Below, piece by piece: positions 1-8,921 of a DNA stretch of 17,990 nucleotides (position 1 is the first letter of the stretch; each line of letters begins with the position of its first letter). A program made the position numbers and the translations under genes. The notes beneath the pieces were generated by a model that did not search any database, was not told the DNA's origin, and saw only the letters and a program-made list of their open reading frames with translations. Source of the stretch: Promethearchaeota archaeon (lineage in GTDB: Archaea; Asgardarchaeota; Lokiarchaeia; Sigyniarchaeales; SOKP01); NCBI GenBank assembly GCA_016926735.1, contig JAFGOA010000002.1:1-17990 (forward strand). The letters are read 5' to 3'.

Positions 1-56
1 TTTATTATATATAACTATATTATTTAAATAAGAAAATTCAAAAAAAAAAGATCTTT

Positions 57-2678
57 ATGTATCAACGAAATCGAAAAATAAATTTTATAATTATTCTAAT
101 TCTTATCAGTTTCATTTTAATCTCTATTTTAAACAATCTATTATTTATAAGAACTCCCTATAAATTAAAATCTATTGAATATTATGAGAAAACAATTAAG
201 AACAATGCAGATCCTATAGAGGCAGCTTATATAACTACTTATTATAATTATAGTGGACATGCATTCGATGTTTTTATAGTAAATGATTTAATTTTTATAG
301 CAGATAATATGGATGGTTTAGAGATTATTAATAGCTCAAATCCAACAGATCCTATAGGAGGATATAGATTTAATACATTTAGTTCATGTAGAGGTGTATT
401 TATTTCAGGGGATTTAGCATATCTTGCGTATGATTCAGAAGGATTAATAATTGTCAATATTAGTGATCCTTATCATCCAAAACAAGTTGGGACTTTTTCT
501 GAAGCCAATAGTAATGCACAGAAAGTATATATAGAAGGTAATATCGCATATATTGCAGATGGAACTAATGGGCTTCAGTTAATCGATATTAGGAATCCAG
601 TAATTCCAACAAAAATAGGGCAATTTGGATATGGTAATAATAATACAAAAGATATATTTGTTTCAGGTACTATAGCTTATATTGCAGATGGAACCGATGG
701 TGTTGAAATTGTGGATATAAGTGATCCTACTCTTCCAGTTCTAATTGGTCAATACTCAGATACACAAAATGACTCAAATGCTATATTCCTTTATTATGAA
801 ATATTGTATATTGCAGATGGAATTGATAAAGTTGAAATTGTGGATGTGAGTGATCCTAGCACTCCTTTTGAAATAAATAATTATAATATGGCAGGTACTG
901 CTCAAGATATAATTATTTTTGGTAATACGGGTTATTTTGCCAGTAATTCAGAAATTTTAATTGTTGACATTAGTGACCCAACAGATATTACCGTATTAGA
1001 AAGTTTTTCATACTCATCTGAAGCAAGAAGTATCTTTCTTCATAAAAATACTCTTTATATAACCCGATATTATTTTGGTTTAGATATTGTTAATGTTGAA
1101 TTAATTGAAGGGATATGTCAATCACCTCAATATCTAGGTCAATTTATTGAGAATGAGGGAACAACGACATCATTATATATAACTGGTAATATTGCTTATA
1201 TGGGAGATAATATAGGCGGTCTATATTTAATCAATATTACTGATCCAACAAATCCAACAAAAATTGGTCAGTATTCTGATGATTATAACGACACGCAAGA
1301 TATTTATGTTTCTAATAATATAGCTTATATCGCAGATGGAAACGATGGTTTAGAAATAATTAATGTCACAGATCCTTCAAATCCAATTCGAATTGGAAAT
1401 TATTCTTCAGGAAATTATTTAGCAAGAGGGATTTATGTATCTGGAAATTGTGCTTATTTGGCAGAAGCATTTTATGGTCTTAGAATTATTGATATCTCTG
1501 ATCCTACAAACCCTACATTATTAGGAAGCGTACCTTCATCTGGAGCTAAGAATATTGATCTTATAGGAAAATATGTATTTTTAACACGTTGGGGGGAGGG
1601 ATTAAATATAATCGATGTAAGTGACCCTTCAAATCCCTTTGTAGTAAGCTCTACTAATGACTATATAGGAATGTCAATGGGAATTAGAATATCACAAGAT
1701 TATGCATATGTTGCTGATTTAATAAATGGATTAGAAATAATAGATATTCATAATGTTTTTAACCCTTCTGAAATGACTCCATTTAAAGAAGGGACAACTG
1801 GTGAGCCTCAATCTGTTTTTCCATTTGGAAATAATCTATTTCTTGCCGATGGAGGTGAAGGAGTAGAAATAATTAATGTTACATCACTTAATGATATCAC
1901 AGTTCTACAAAGAACCAGCACGTTAGCAAGAAATGTATGGGTGGATAGTTCATATATCTATTATACCGCTTTTGCAGGAGGACTCAAAATTTTTACTAAT
2001 GGATATGTAAATCCATATAAAAATGATAATGATACTGATGGACTAACTGACGGCCAGGAATTATTCGAATATGGAACCAATCCAAATGATAATGATTCTG
2101 ATGATGATGATTTGAATGATGGTGATGAAATTATTTATGGAACCGATCCAAATATTTGGGATTATGATATAGATGGAATGCCCGATGGATGGGAAATAAC
2201 TAATGATCTGGAACCGACAATAAATGATGCAAATAGTGATTATGATCATGATGGAATTAACAACATAGATGAGTATAATTCAATTTATAACTTATTTGCT
2301 AATAATAATGATTCAGATACAGATGGTATGCCTGATGGGTGGGAACTTCAATATAGTTTAATTCCTGATATTAATGATGCTAATTTAGATCCCGACATTG
2401 ATAATCTTTTAAATATTGATGAATATCTCAATGGATGCAATCCACATAATGAAGATTGTGATAATGACGGATATAATGATGGAGCAGAGGTTATAGCAGG
2501 TACTGACCCCTTAAATCCAAATAGTTTTCCTGGGTCTGGAGGTAATGGGGGAATTCCTTGGTGGTTACAAGCTATTTTAGCAGGAATGATAAGTGCATTA
2601 GTTGGAATACTGATAAGAACGATTTATCACAGATATAGAACTTCTAAAGGTCCAAAAAGAAAATATAAATATAAATAA
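57..2678 (+). CDS. Membrane-anchored surface protein: LVIVD-repeat beta-propellers plus thrombospondin type-3-like Ca-binding repeats and C-terminal TM anchor
   Basis: N-terminal basic plus hydrophobic segment; about 14 repeats of ~43 aa of the form AYIADGxxGLEIIDISDPxxP (LVIVD); Asp-rich DxDxDG(L/M)xDGxE repeats at about aa 657-825; Gly linker, then IPWWLQAILAGMISALVGILI TM helix and Lys/Arg-rich tail. Confidence 0.85.
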   Translation: MYQRNRKINFIIILILISFILISILNNLLFIRTPYKLKSIEYYEKTIKNNADPIEAAYITTYYNYSGHAFDVFIVNDLIFIADNMDGLEIINSSNPTDPIGGYRFNTFSSCRGVFISGDLAYLAYDSEGLIIVNISDPYHPKQVGTFSEANSNAQKVYIEGNIAYIADGTNGLQLIDIRNPVIPTKIGQFGYGNNNTKDIFVSGTIAYIADGTDGVEIVDISDPTLPVLIGQYSDTQNDSNAIFLYYEILYIADGIDKVEIVDVSDPSTPFEINNYNMAGTAQDIIIFGNTGYFASNSEILIVDISDPTDITVLESFSYSSEARSIFLHKNTLYITRYYFGLDIVNVELIEGICQSPQYLGQFIENEGTTTSLYITGNIAYMGDNIGGLYLINITDPTNPTKIGQYSDDYNDTQDIYVSNNIAYIADGNDGLEIINVTDPSNPIRIGNYSSGNYLARGIYVSGNCAYLAEAFYGLRIIDISDPTNPTLLGSVPSSGAKNIDLIGKYVFLTRWGEGLNIIDVSDPSNPFVVSSTNDYIGMSMGIRISQDYAYVADLINGLEIIDIHNVFNPSEMTPFKEGTTGEPQSVFPFGNNLFLADGGEGVEIINVTSLNDITVLQRTSTLARNVWVDSSYIYYTAFAGGLKIFTNGYVNPYKNDNDTDGLTDGQELFEYGTNPNDNDSDDDDLNDGDEIIYGTDPNIWDYDIDGMPDGWEITNDLEPTINDANSDYDHDGINNIDEYNSIYNLFANNNDSDTDGMPDGWELQYSLIPDINDANLDPDIDNLLNIDEYLNGCNPHNEDCDNDGYNDGAEVIAGTDPLNPNSFPGSGGNGGIPWWLQAILAGMISALVGILIRTIYHRYRTSKGPKRKYKYK
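678..858 (+). repeat. Near-identical direct repeat in two adjacent LVIVD blades (678-729 and 807-858)
   Basis: 45 of 52 nt identical by manual alignment, offset 129 nt (43 codons). Confidence 0.8.
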
Positions 2679-2855
2679 TTCTGAAAATAAATCAATATTT
2701 TTCTCTTTTTTTTTAAATTTTTATTTTTTTTACAGATAAATCATTCTTTTCTTGAATCAAATTATTTGTATAATTTTAAATTTTAAAGACAGCAATTTTA
2801 ATTTCTTTTACACATTTAAAATAATTATAAATAAATAAACAATAAATAAATTAGA

Positions 2856-5054
2856 ATGAAAAAACTTAATTTTCCTTTTACCGCTATACTTGGACAAGAT
2901 AAAATGAAAATGGCGTTAATTTTAAATGTTATTGATCCTCAAATAGGAGGAGTGTTATTATCTGGCCATCAAGGAACAGGTAAATCTACAGCTGTTCGTT
3001 CATTAGTAGAGGTCATGCCTAAAATTAATATTGTTAAAAAATGTCTTTTTTCATGTGATCCTGAATCAGATTTCGATGATTTATGTTTAGAGTGTCAAAA
3101 TAGAAAGGAAAATAATAAAATTGAAATAGAAACAAGAGATATGCTTTTAGTGAATTTACCATTAGGTGTGACAGAAGATATGGTTTGTGGGTCCCTTTCA
3201 ATTGATAAAGTTCTTACAAAAGGTATTTCTGAATTACATCCAGGATTATTAGCTAAAGCCAATAGAGGAATCTTATATATAGATGAGATTAATCTTTTGC
3301 AGGATCATATTGTAGATACACTGTTGGATGCTTCCGCATCAGGAATAAATATTATTGAACGTGAAGGAATTTCTATTAGGCATCCTTCAAGATTCGTATT
3401 AGTAGGATCAATGAATCCTGAGGAAGGAGAACTTAGGCCTCAAATTGCAGATAGATTAGGTTTAGAAGTGAAAATTTTTGCACCCAAAGATCTAAAATTA
3501 AGAGCTGAGATTTCTAAAAGAGTTATATCATATAATGATAATCCAAGAGAATTTATTAAAAGTTATGAAAAAGAGCAGGAAATATTAAAAAATAAACTGA
3601 TTAAAGCTCGTAAAATAGTTAAAAAAGTAAAAATTCCTGATTCAATTTTTGAAATAGTGTCTAAGATAGTTGACGAACTTCAAGTTTTTTCTCAAAGAGC
3701 AGATTTAACATTTATAAGATGTGCTAGAGCACATGCTGCCTTTGAAGATAGAATAATAATTAATGAAACAGATATAAATATTGCAATGGATTTAGTATTT
3801 GAACATAGAATAAAATCTTTACATTATGAAATGAGCCCAGAAGAAATTAAAGGAAAAATAACGGAAGTATATGGAAAAATAAAAAAAGCATATGAAGATC
3901 CAAATATATATAAGCCAAATAAAGATACTGAGGGTCCATTAAAACATTCTGATGAACCTCAAAAAGAATTTACAAGACAATCTATTGATCCAAATAATTT
4001 GGATATTCCAGACACAAAAGAGGAAAAATTACCTCCACCTAAATATCCTGACGAAAAAAAAAGAGACTCTAGTCCTGCGGGAGGATGGAAAGTTAAAGAA
4101 TTACCTTGGAACGAACAATTCAATATAACTGAAGATAATTCACTTCCATTAATATTTAAGATGGAAAAGAAAATGTCATCCATTTTGGATAATATTCGTA
4201 AAGAAAGAAAAGTATCAAATTATGGGGGGAGAGGAATTGGAAGAAGAATAAAAATTTCCTCAAACCAAAAAGGGAGATATATATCATATAGACCACCAAT
4301 TAACTTTCAACCAAAAAGTATTGCACTTGATGCAACAATTAGAAATTATTTAAAAAATACAATATATAATACAACACAAATTGAATTTCCTCTTAGAGTT
4401 GATAAATATGATTTAATGGATAAAATATTCGAGTATCGAGCACCTTTAGCTCTTTTTTTTGTTTTGGATAGTTCAGCATCTATGTTCTATGTTATTAAAC
4501 AAATGACAGATGTAATACTCTCTTTACAAAAGGAAGGATATAGAAAGAAAGATAAAATTAGTTTAATTGTATTTAGGGGAAAAGAAGCAATTACAATTCA
4601 AAAGCCTACAGTATCTTTTCAAAATGCTATCCAAAAGCTAAAAAATATTGAAAGTAAATCCTATACACCTATGGCTGCTGGATTAAATAAATGTCTTGAG
4701 CTTATAAAAATTGAAAAATTAAAAAATAGAAATATTATACCAGTCATTTTCATTTGTTCTGATTGTGGGGCAAATATTTCTGTGAAATATCCAGATCTCA
4801 TTGCTCAAGTTGAAAATGATTATATATCAATTGTTCAAGAATTAAAAGATATCACTAAATCATTATCACATCAAAATGTACATATGGTTGTTTTAGAACC
4901 AAAAAAGAGTTATGCAACTCAAAATCTTGGAGTACATCCTTATTCAGCAGAACAAATTAAAAAAAATTTTAAAGATTATGGAAATGCTGAGATCTATCAA
5001 TTCGATAGATATAATCCTTCTTCATTAATTTTAAAATTGAAAAAGATTCTATAA
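2856..5054 (+). CDS. chlD: Mg/Co chelatase subunit, ChlD/BchD-type (ChlI-like AAA+ domain, Pro/acidic linker, vWA domain)
   Basis: FPFTAILGQ start typical of ChlI/D; Walker A GHQGTGKS; PGLLAKANRGILYIDEINLL Walker B; GSMNPEEGELRPQIADR; Pro-rich linker; vWA MIDAS DSSAS...T...D. Confidence 0.85.
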   Translation: MKKLNFPFTAILGQDKMKMALILNVIDPQIGGVLLSGHQGTGKSTAVRSLVEVMPKINIVKKCLFSCDPESDFDDLCLECQNRKENNKIEIETRDMLLVNLPLGVTEDMVCGSLSIDKVLTKGISELHPGLLAKANRGILYIDEINLLQDHIVDTLLDASASGINIIEREGISIRHPSRFVLVGSMNPEEGELRPQIADRLGLEVKIFAPKDLKLRAEISKRVISYNDNPREFIKSYEKEQEILKNKLIKARKIVKKVKIPDSIFEIVSKIVDELQVFSQRADLTFIRCARAHAAFEDRIIINETDINIAMDLVFEHRIKSLHYEMSPEEIKGKITEVYGKIKKAYEDPNIYKPNKDTEGPLKHSDEPQKEFTRQSIDPNNLDIPDTKEEKLPPPKYPDEKKRDSSPAGGWKVKELPWNEQFNITEDNSLPLIFKMEKKMSSILDNIRKERKVSNYGGRGIGRRIKISSNQKGRYISYRPPINFQPKSIALDATIRNYLKNTIYNTTQIEFPLRVDKYDLMDKIFEYRAPLALFFVLDSSASMFYVIKQMTDVILSLQKEGYRKKDKISLIVFRGKEAITIQKPTVSFQNAIQKLKNIESKSYTPMAAGLNKCLELIKIEKLKNRNIIPVIFICSDCGANISVKYPDLIAQVENDYISIVQELKDITKSLSHQNVHMVVLEPKKSYATQNLGVHPYSAEQIKKNFKDYGNAEIYQFDRYNPSSLILKLKKIL
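4054..4089 (+). other. Candidate -1 frameshift/slippage signal in the chlD linker (A9 run, downstream hairpin, -1 frame TAG at 4070-4072)
   Basis: In-frame GAA AAA AAA AGA gives A_AAA_AAA at 4055-4061; GTCCT-GCGGG-AGGAT stem-loop at 4072-4086; position is just past the AAA+ domain. Confidence 0.5.
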
Positions 5055-5168
5055 TAAAATTTTTTTCGTATTATTTTTCTATTAAATTATATTATTTGTT
5101 AAACTCTCAATTCGATCTGATCAGTTCTTTTAATTTAAAGAAAAAAAAAGAATGAGTTTTCAAAATAA
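5055..5168. terminator. Convergent intergenic region with U-rich tracts on both strands (putative archaeal terminators for chlD and copA)
   Basis: T tract from about 5060 on +; AAAGAAAAAAAAAG at 5137-5150 gives a U tract on -. Confidence 0.35.
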
Positions 5169-8033
5169 TTAACCAATTATCATATTTTTATTATGATGTT
5201 TTGGTACAGATTCTTTTCCACATTCTGGACCCATCCAGCATACTAATTGATCTCCTTGTATATGCATTGGTTTTCCACAATGCATAGGTATATCCATTTC
5301 CTGTTCACATTCTTGGCATTTTAATTTTTGAATTTTTTCTTCCACCTCCTCTGATTTTTTAATTTGATCTTTTTTATACATCAGTTTTGGATTCATATTC
5401 TTAAAATCTTTATAGATACCTGGATTATCTTTAAATTCATTTTCGCAATATAAACTACAAAAATAAAATTTCTCCTCGTTATATTCATACTCAAGGGATT
5501 GACTTGGAATAATTTGCATTCCACAAACTGGATCAAATACTTTTTCTTCTAAAAGTAATTTGGATTCTTCAATTTGTTGTTCAGTTTTTGGTTCAAAACG
5601 CTTTAAAAATAATGCATTGGTAATAACGGAAATAGAACTGGTTGCCATAAATACAGCTGCTAAATATGGAGGAAGAAAAAATCCAGTAATTCCATATAAA
5701 ATCCCTGCAGCTAACGGTATTCCAATAATATTGTATATAAACGCCCAAAAAAGATTAGTAATCATTTTTCTATAAGTTTTCTTTGATAAATTAATAGCAG
5801 ACACAACATTTCTTATATCTCCACGCATTAAGACGATGTCTGCGGTTTCTATTGCTATATCAGTTCCAGATCCTATCGCAATTCCTACATCTGCTTGAGC
5901 TAATGCAGGAGCATCATTTATTCCATCTCCCACCATAGCAATAATACGATTTTCTTTAGATTTTTGCAGTTTTTGAATATTCAGAGCTTTCTCATTAGGT
6001 AATACTTCAGCAAGTATATGATTTTGTTGAATATTGAGTTGTTCTCCAATACTTAATGCTGTTTGTATATTATCTCCTGTTATCATATAAATTTCTATTT
6101 TCATTTCTCTTAATAAATTCAAAGCATAAAGAGCCTGTTCTTTAATTTTATCTGAAATTCCAATAATTCCTTTAATTTGATTATCAATAGAGACTAAAAT
6201 GCTAGTTATTCCTTTTTGTTGTAACTCAGAAAATTTATTTTTAAAAACTTCTTCAAAGTCTATATCAAATTCAGATAGAAGTTTTTTAGTACCTATAATT
6301 ATGTATGTATTATTAATTGTTGCTCTAATACCTTTTCCCGGAGATTCCTTAAAATCTGTTGGATTTTCAAGAATTATATTTCTTTGATTAGCTTCTTCAA
6401 TTATAGCTTTACCAAGAAGATGTTCAGATCCTAATTCTGCACTTGCTGTGTAGTATAAAATATCTTTATCATCAAAACCTTGACCTTTCAGACTTTTTTC
6501 TGAAATAATAATAGATACTTTAGGTTTTCCAATAGTTAATGTTCCTGTTTTATCAAAAACAATTGTATCAATACTATTAATTGCTTCTAAAGAATCGCCA
6601 CCTTTAATAAGTAATCCATTTTCTGCACCTTTTCCGGTTCCAACTAAGATTGCTGTAGGAATAGCTAATCCTAAAGCACATGGACACGCTATAACTATAA
6701 CAGATGTAAATATTTGGAGAGCAATCTCAATTCTCACACTTAAAAGTGCGGAATATATCAGAGTACCCCAAAAATACCAATAAATGAACGCACTGATTGC
6801 TATAATTATTACAAAAGGAACGAAATAATTACTAATTTTATCAGCAAGTTGTTGTTTTGCTGCCTTTCTATTCTGAGCTTGTTTTACAAAATTAATTATT
6901 TGAGAAAGAACAGTATCTTTCCCTATTTTTTCTGTTTCAATATGAATTAATCCTGTTTGATTAATTGTAGCTCCAATTACTCCACTATCAATTGTTTTTT
7001 TAACATATCTACTTTCACCGGTTATCATTGATTCATCTACTTTAGTTTTCCCTTTTATTACTCTTCCATCGACAGGAATTTTTTCTCCTGGTCTAACAAT
7101 TATTATATCGCGTATTTCAATTTCTTCGATTGGAATCTCGATTTCCCTTCCTTGTCTTAATAAAGTAGCTGTTTTAGGTTGGAGACCTATTAGTTTTTTT
7201 ATTGCTTCTGAAGTCTTACCTTTTGTTTTATGTTCTAGATATTTTCCTACAAGTAAAAAGGAAGTTATCATACTCATAGCTTCATAGAAAGTCTTTCCCG
7301 AAATAAAAAAAGTAGTTAAAATAGAATAAATCAATGCTGTAGAAGTTCCTAAGGCTATCAATACATCCATATTTGTAGATTTATTTTTTAGTGATTTATA
7401 AGCACCTTTGATAAAAAAAGAGCTACATAATACATAATTTCCAATAGCTAAAAAGAAAAGGATTAAATTCTTTTCAAATGAATCTCTTACAAACCAAGCT
7501 ATAGGAGTAATAATTATTGAAAAAAATACAGAAATCAGTAGAATTTGAAGTCGATATTTCATTTCTTTTTTATGAATTTCTATTTCTTCATCAATAGCTC
7601 CTTTGACTTTTTCTATCTCTAGTCCTAAATTTCTTATTTTTTGATATATTTGGTTTTCTTCTAAAGTATAATCATTATATTCTATGAATAATTTAAGAGC
7701 GCTATAATTATCTCTTATTTTTAGGATACCGTCTATTAATTTAATTTCATCTACCTTTTTTTTAAACTGTTCCTCTGACAATGTACTATTGATTTTGAAC
7801 TCAACTTTTGCTAAAGATGCTTTGTATCCTAAATCTTGTATAGCTTGGTTAAATTCTTTATAACCAATTTTTTCTCGATTAAATTTTACATTTGCTTCTT
7901 CGATTGCAAAATTTACGATAGCTTCTTCAACACCATTAAGATTTTTCAGTTTATTTTCTATTTTTAATGCACAATTAGCACAAGTCATACCACTTAGTTT
8001 TATATTTATATTATCATTCGTGTTTTTACTCAT
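5169..8033 (-). CDS. copA: Cu(I)-translocating P1B-1 ATPase with N-terminal HMA, degenerate second HMA, C-terminal YHS/TRASH and an extra Cys/His domain
   Basis: GMTCANC; TGES; CPC; DKTGT; [11 protein letters not shown]; TM YN and MxxSS Cu(I) ligands; DPVCGM...[11 protein letters not shown] domain; GGTG Shine-Dalgarno-like motif at 8044-8041. Confidence 0.95.
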   Translation of the reverse strand: MSKNTNDNINIKLSGMTCANCALKIENKLKNLNGVEEAIVNFAIEEANVKFNREKIGYKEFNQAIQDLGYKASLAKVEFKINSTLSEEQFKKKVDEIKLIDGILKIRDNYSALKLFIEYNDYTLEENQIYQKIRNLGLEIEKVKGAIDEEIEIHKKEMKYRLQILLISVFFSIIITPIAWFVRDSFEKNLILFFLAIGNYVLCSSFFIKGAYKSLKNKSTNMDVLIALGTSTALIYSILTTFFISGKTFYEAMSMITSFLLVGKYLEHKTKGKTSEAIKKLIGLQPKTATLLRQGREIEIPIEEIEIRDIIIVRPGEKIPVDGRVIKGKTKVDESMITGESRYVKKTIDSGVIGATINQTGLIHIETEKIGKDTVLSQIINFVKQAQNRKAAKQQLADKISNYFVPFVIIIAISAFIYWYFWGTLIYSALLSVRIEIALQIFTSVIVIACPCALGLAIPTAILVGTGKGAENGLLIKGGDSLEAINSIDTIVFDKTGTLTIGKPKVSIIISEKSLKGQGFDDKDILYYTASAELGSEHLLGKAIIEEANQRNIILENPTDFKESPGKGIRATINNTYIIIGTKKLLSEFDIDFEEVFKNKFSELQQKGITSILVSIDNQIKGIIGISDKIKEQALYALNLLREMKIEIYMITGDNIQTALSIGEQLNIQQNHILAEVLPNEKALNIQKLQKSKENRIIAMVGDGINDAPALAQADVGIAIGSGTDIAIETADIVLMRGDIRNVVSAINLSKKTYRKMITNLFWAFIYNIIGIPLAAGILYGITGFFLPPYLAAVFMATSSISVITNALFLKRFEPKTEQQIEESKLLLEEKVFDPVCGMQIIPSQSLEYEYNEEKFYFCSLYCENEFKDNPGIYKDFKNMNPKLMYKKDQIKKSEEVEEKIQKLKCQECEQEMDIPMHCGKPMHIQGDQLVCWMGPECGKESVPKHHNKNMIIG

Positions 8034-8087
8034 TTAGATACACCATTTTTCAATTTTAAGAATCTAAAAAATAAATTTTTACCATTT

Positions 8088-8117
8088 TGTATATATACAT
8101 AAAAGTATATATTTAAG
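8088..8117. promoter_or_regulatory. Candidate operator overlapping the putative copA TATA box
   Basis: Perfect palindrome TGTATATATACA at 8088-8099; inverted repeat ATATATAC-N6-GTATATAT at 8091-8112; CTTAAATA TATA-like box on the - strand at about 8117-8110. Confidence 0.55.
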
Positions 8118-8186
8118 CATAACTATTATAAAATAAATACTAATAAATTAAATAGGTTTCTTATTATTAATAAAGAAAATATAGGT

Positions 8187-8639
8187 TTGATAATATTGAC
8201 TGAAATTAAGGATATTAAAGTACAGAATTTAACAAAATTGTATATATTAGTTTTGTTAAATTTAAATAAACATGTTACTGGTTATTATATCATTAAAAAA
8301 TTAAGTGAAGATTTAAATAAAACTGTAAGCCCAACATATATATATGATTTTTTAAAGAAACTTAAAGCTAAAGAATATATTGAAGATGTTCCAGCTCAAA
8401 AGTCGAAAAGAAAGAAGGGTTATAAATTAACACCTACAGGGAAGGAATTTACAGAAAAAATTTTTCTTAGATTTAATAATTTAATAGAAGTAGCTGTTCA
8501 ATCAAAAATATCTATATGTGCTAGTTGTGGTGTTAAATTATATGAAAATTATCATACTGAAGAAATAAATCAAAAAAAAATGAATTTTTGTTGTAAACAT
8601 TGTGCTAGTGCTTATTTGAATTCTAATAAATCAAATTAA
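8187..8639 (+). CDS. PadR-like winged-HTH regulator with C-terminal TRASH metal-binding domain (CopT/CopR-like copper sensor)
   Basis: TGYYIIKKL...VSPTYIYDFLKKL...YKLTPTG wHTH; CASCG...FCCKHC TRASH motif; divergent from copA. The true start may be the TTG at 8196, given AGGT at 8183-8186. Confidence 0.8.
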   Translation: MIILTEIKDIKVQNLTKLYILVLLNLNKHVTGYYIIKKLSEDLNKTVSPTYIYDFLKKLKAKEYIEDVPAQKSKRKKGYKLTPTGKEFTEKIFLRFNNLIEVAVQSKISICASCGVKLYENYHTEEINQKKMNFCCKHCASAYLNSNKSN

Positions 8640-8921
8640 TTAAAAATATTTTATTCAAATAATAATGTTAAATTTTTAATATGTTTCTTTATTTGAATTA
8701 GAAAAAACTCTTTATCCATAAATCAGAAATCTATATTATAAAATTGGATAAATAAGTAATCTAGAGCTTTTAACTAAGATTTTATTAATTTTTAAAAAAC
8801 AATATAATAATCTCAACTATAAAAGATAAAAGCTATTTAAGATTAATTCACTATATTCCTATATTATTTTAAAATTTAAATTTATAATTAGATATTAATA
8901 AAATTTTAGGATTTTGTTCCT

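Noticed and set aside
2025-2530. GAT-rich periodic DNA as a possible CRISPR or tandem array
   Set aside because: Explained by Asp-rich coding repeats; no constant repeat with unique spacers.
248-4183. Short antisense ORFs 248-457, 2061-2249 and 3959-4183
   Set aside because: They lie wholly opposite well-supported genes, have no motifs and show shadow-ORF composition.
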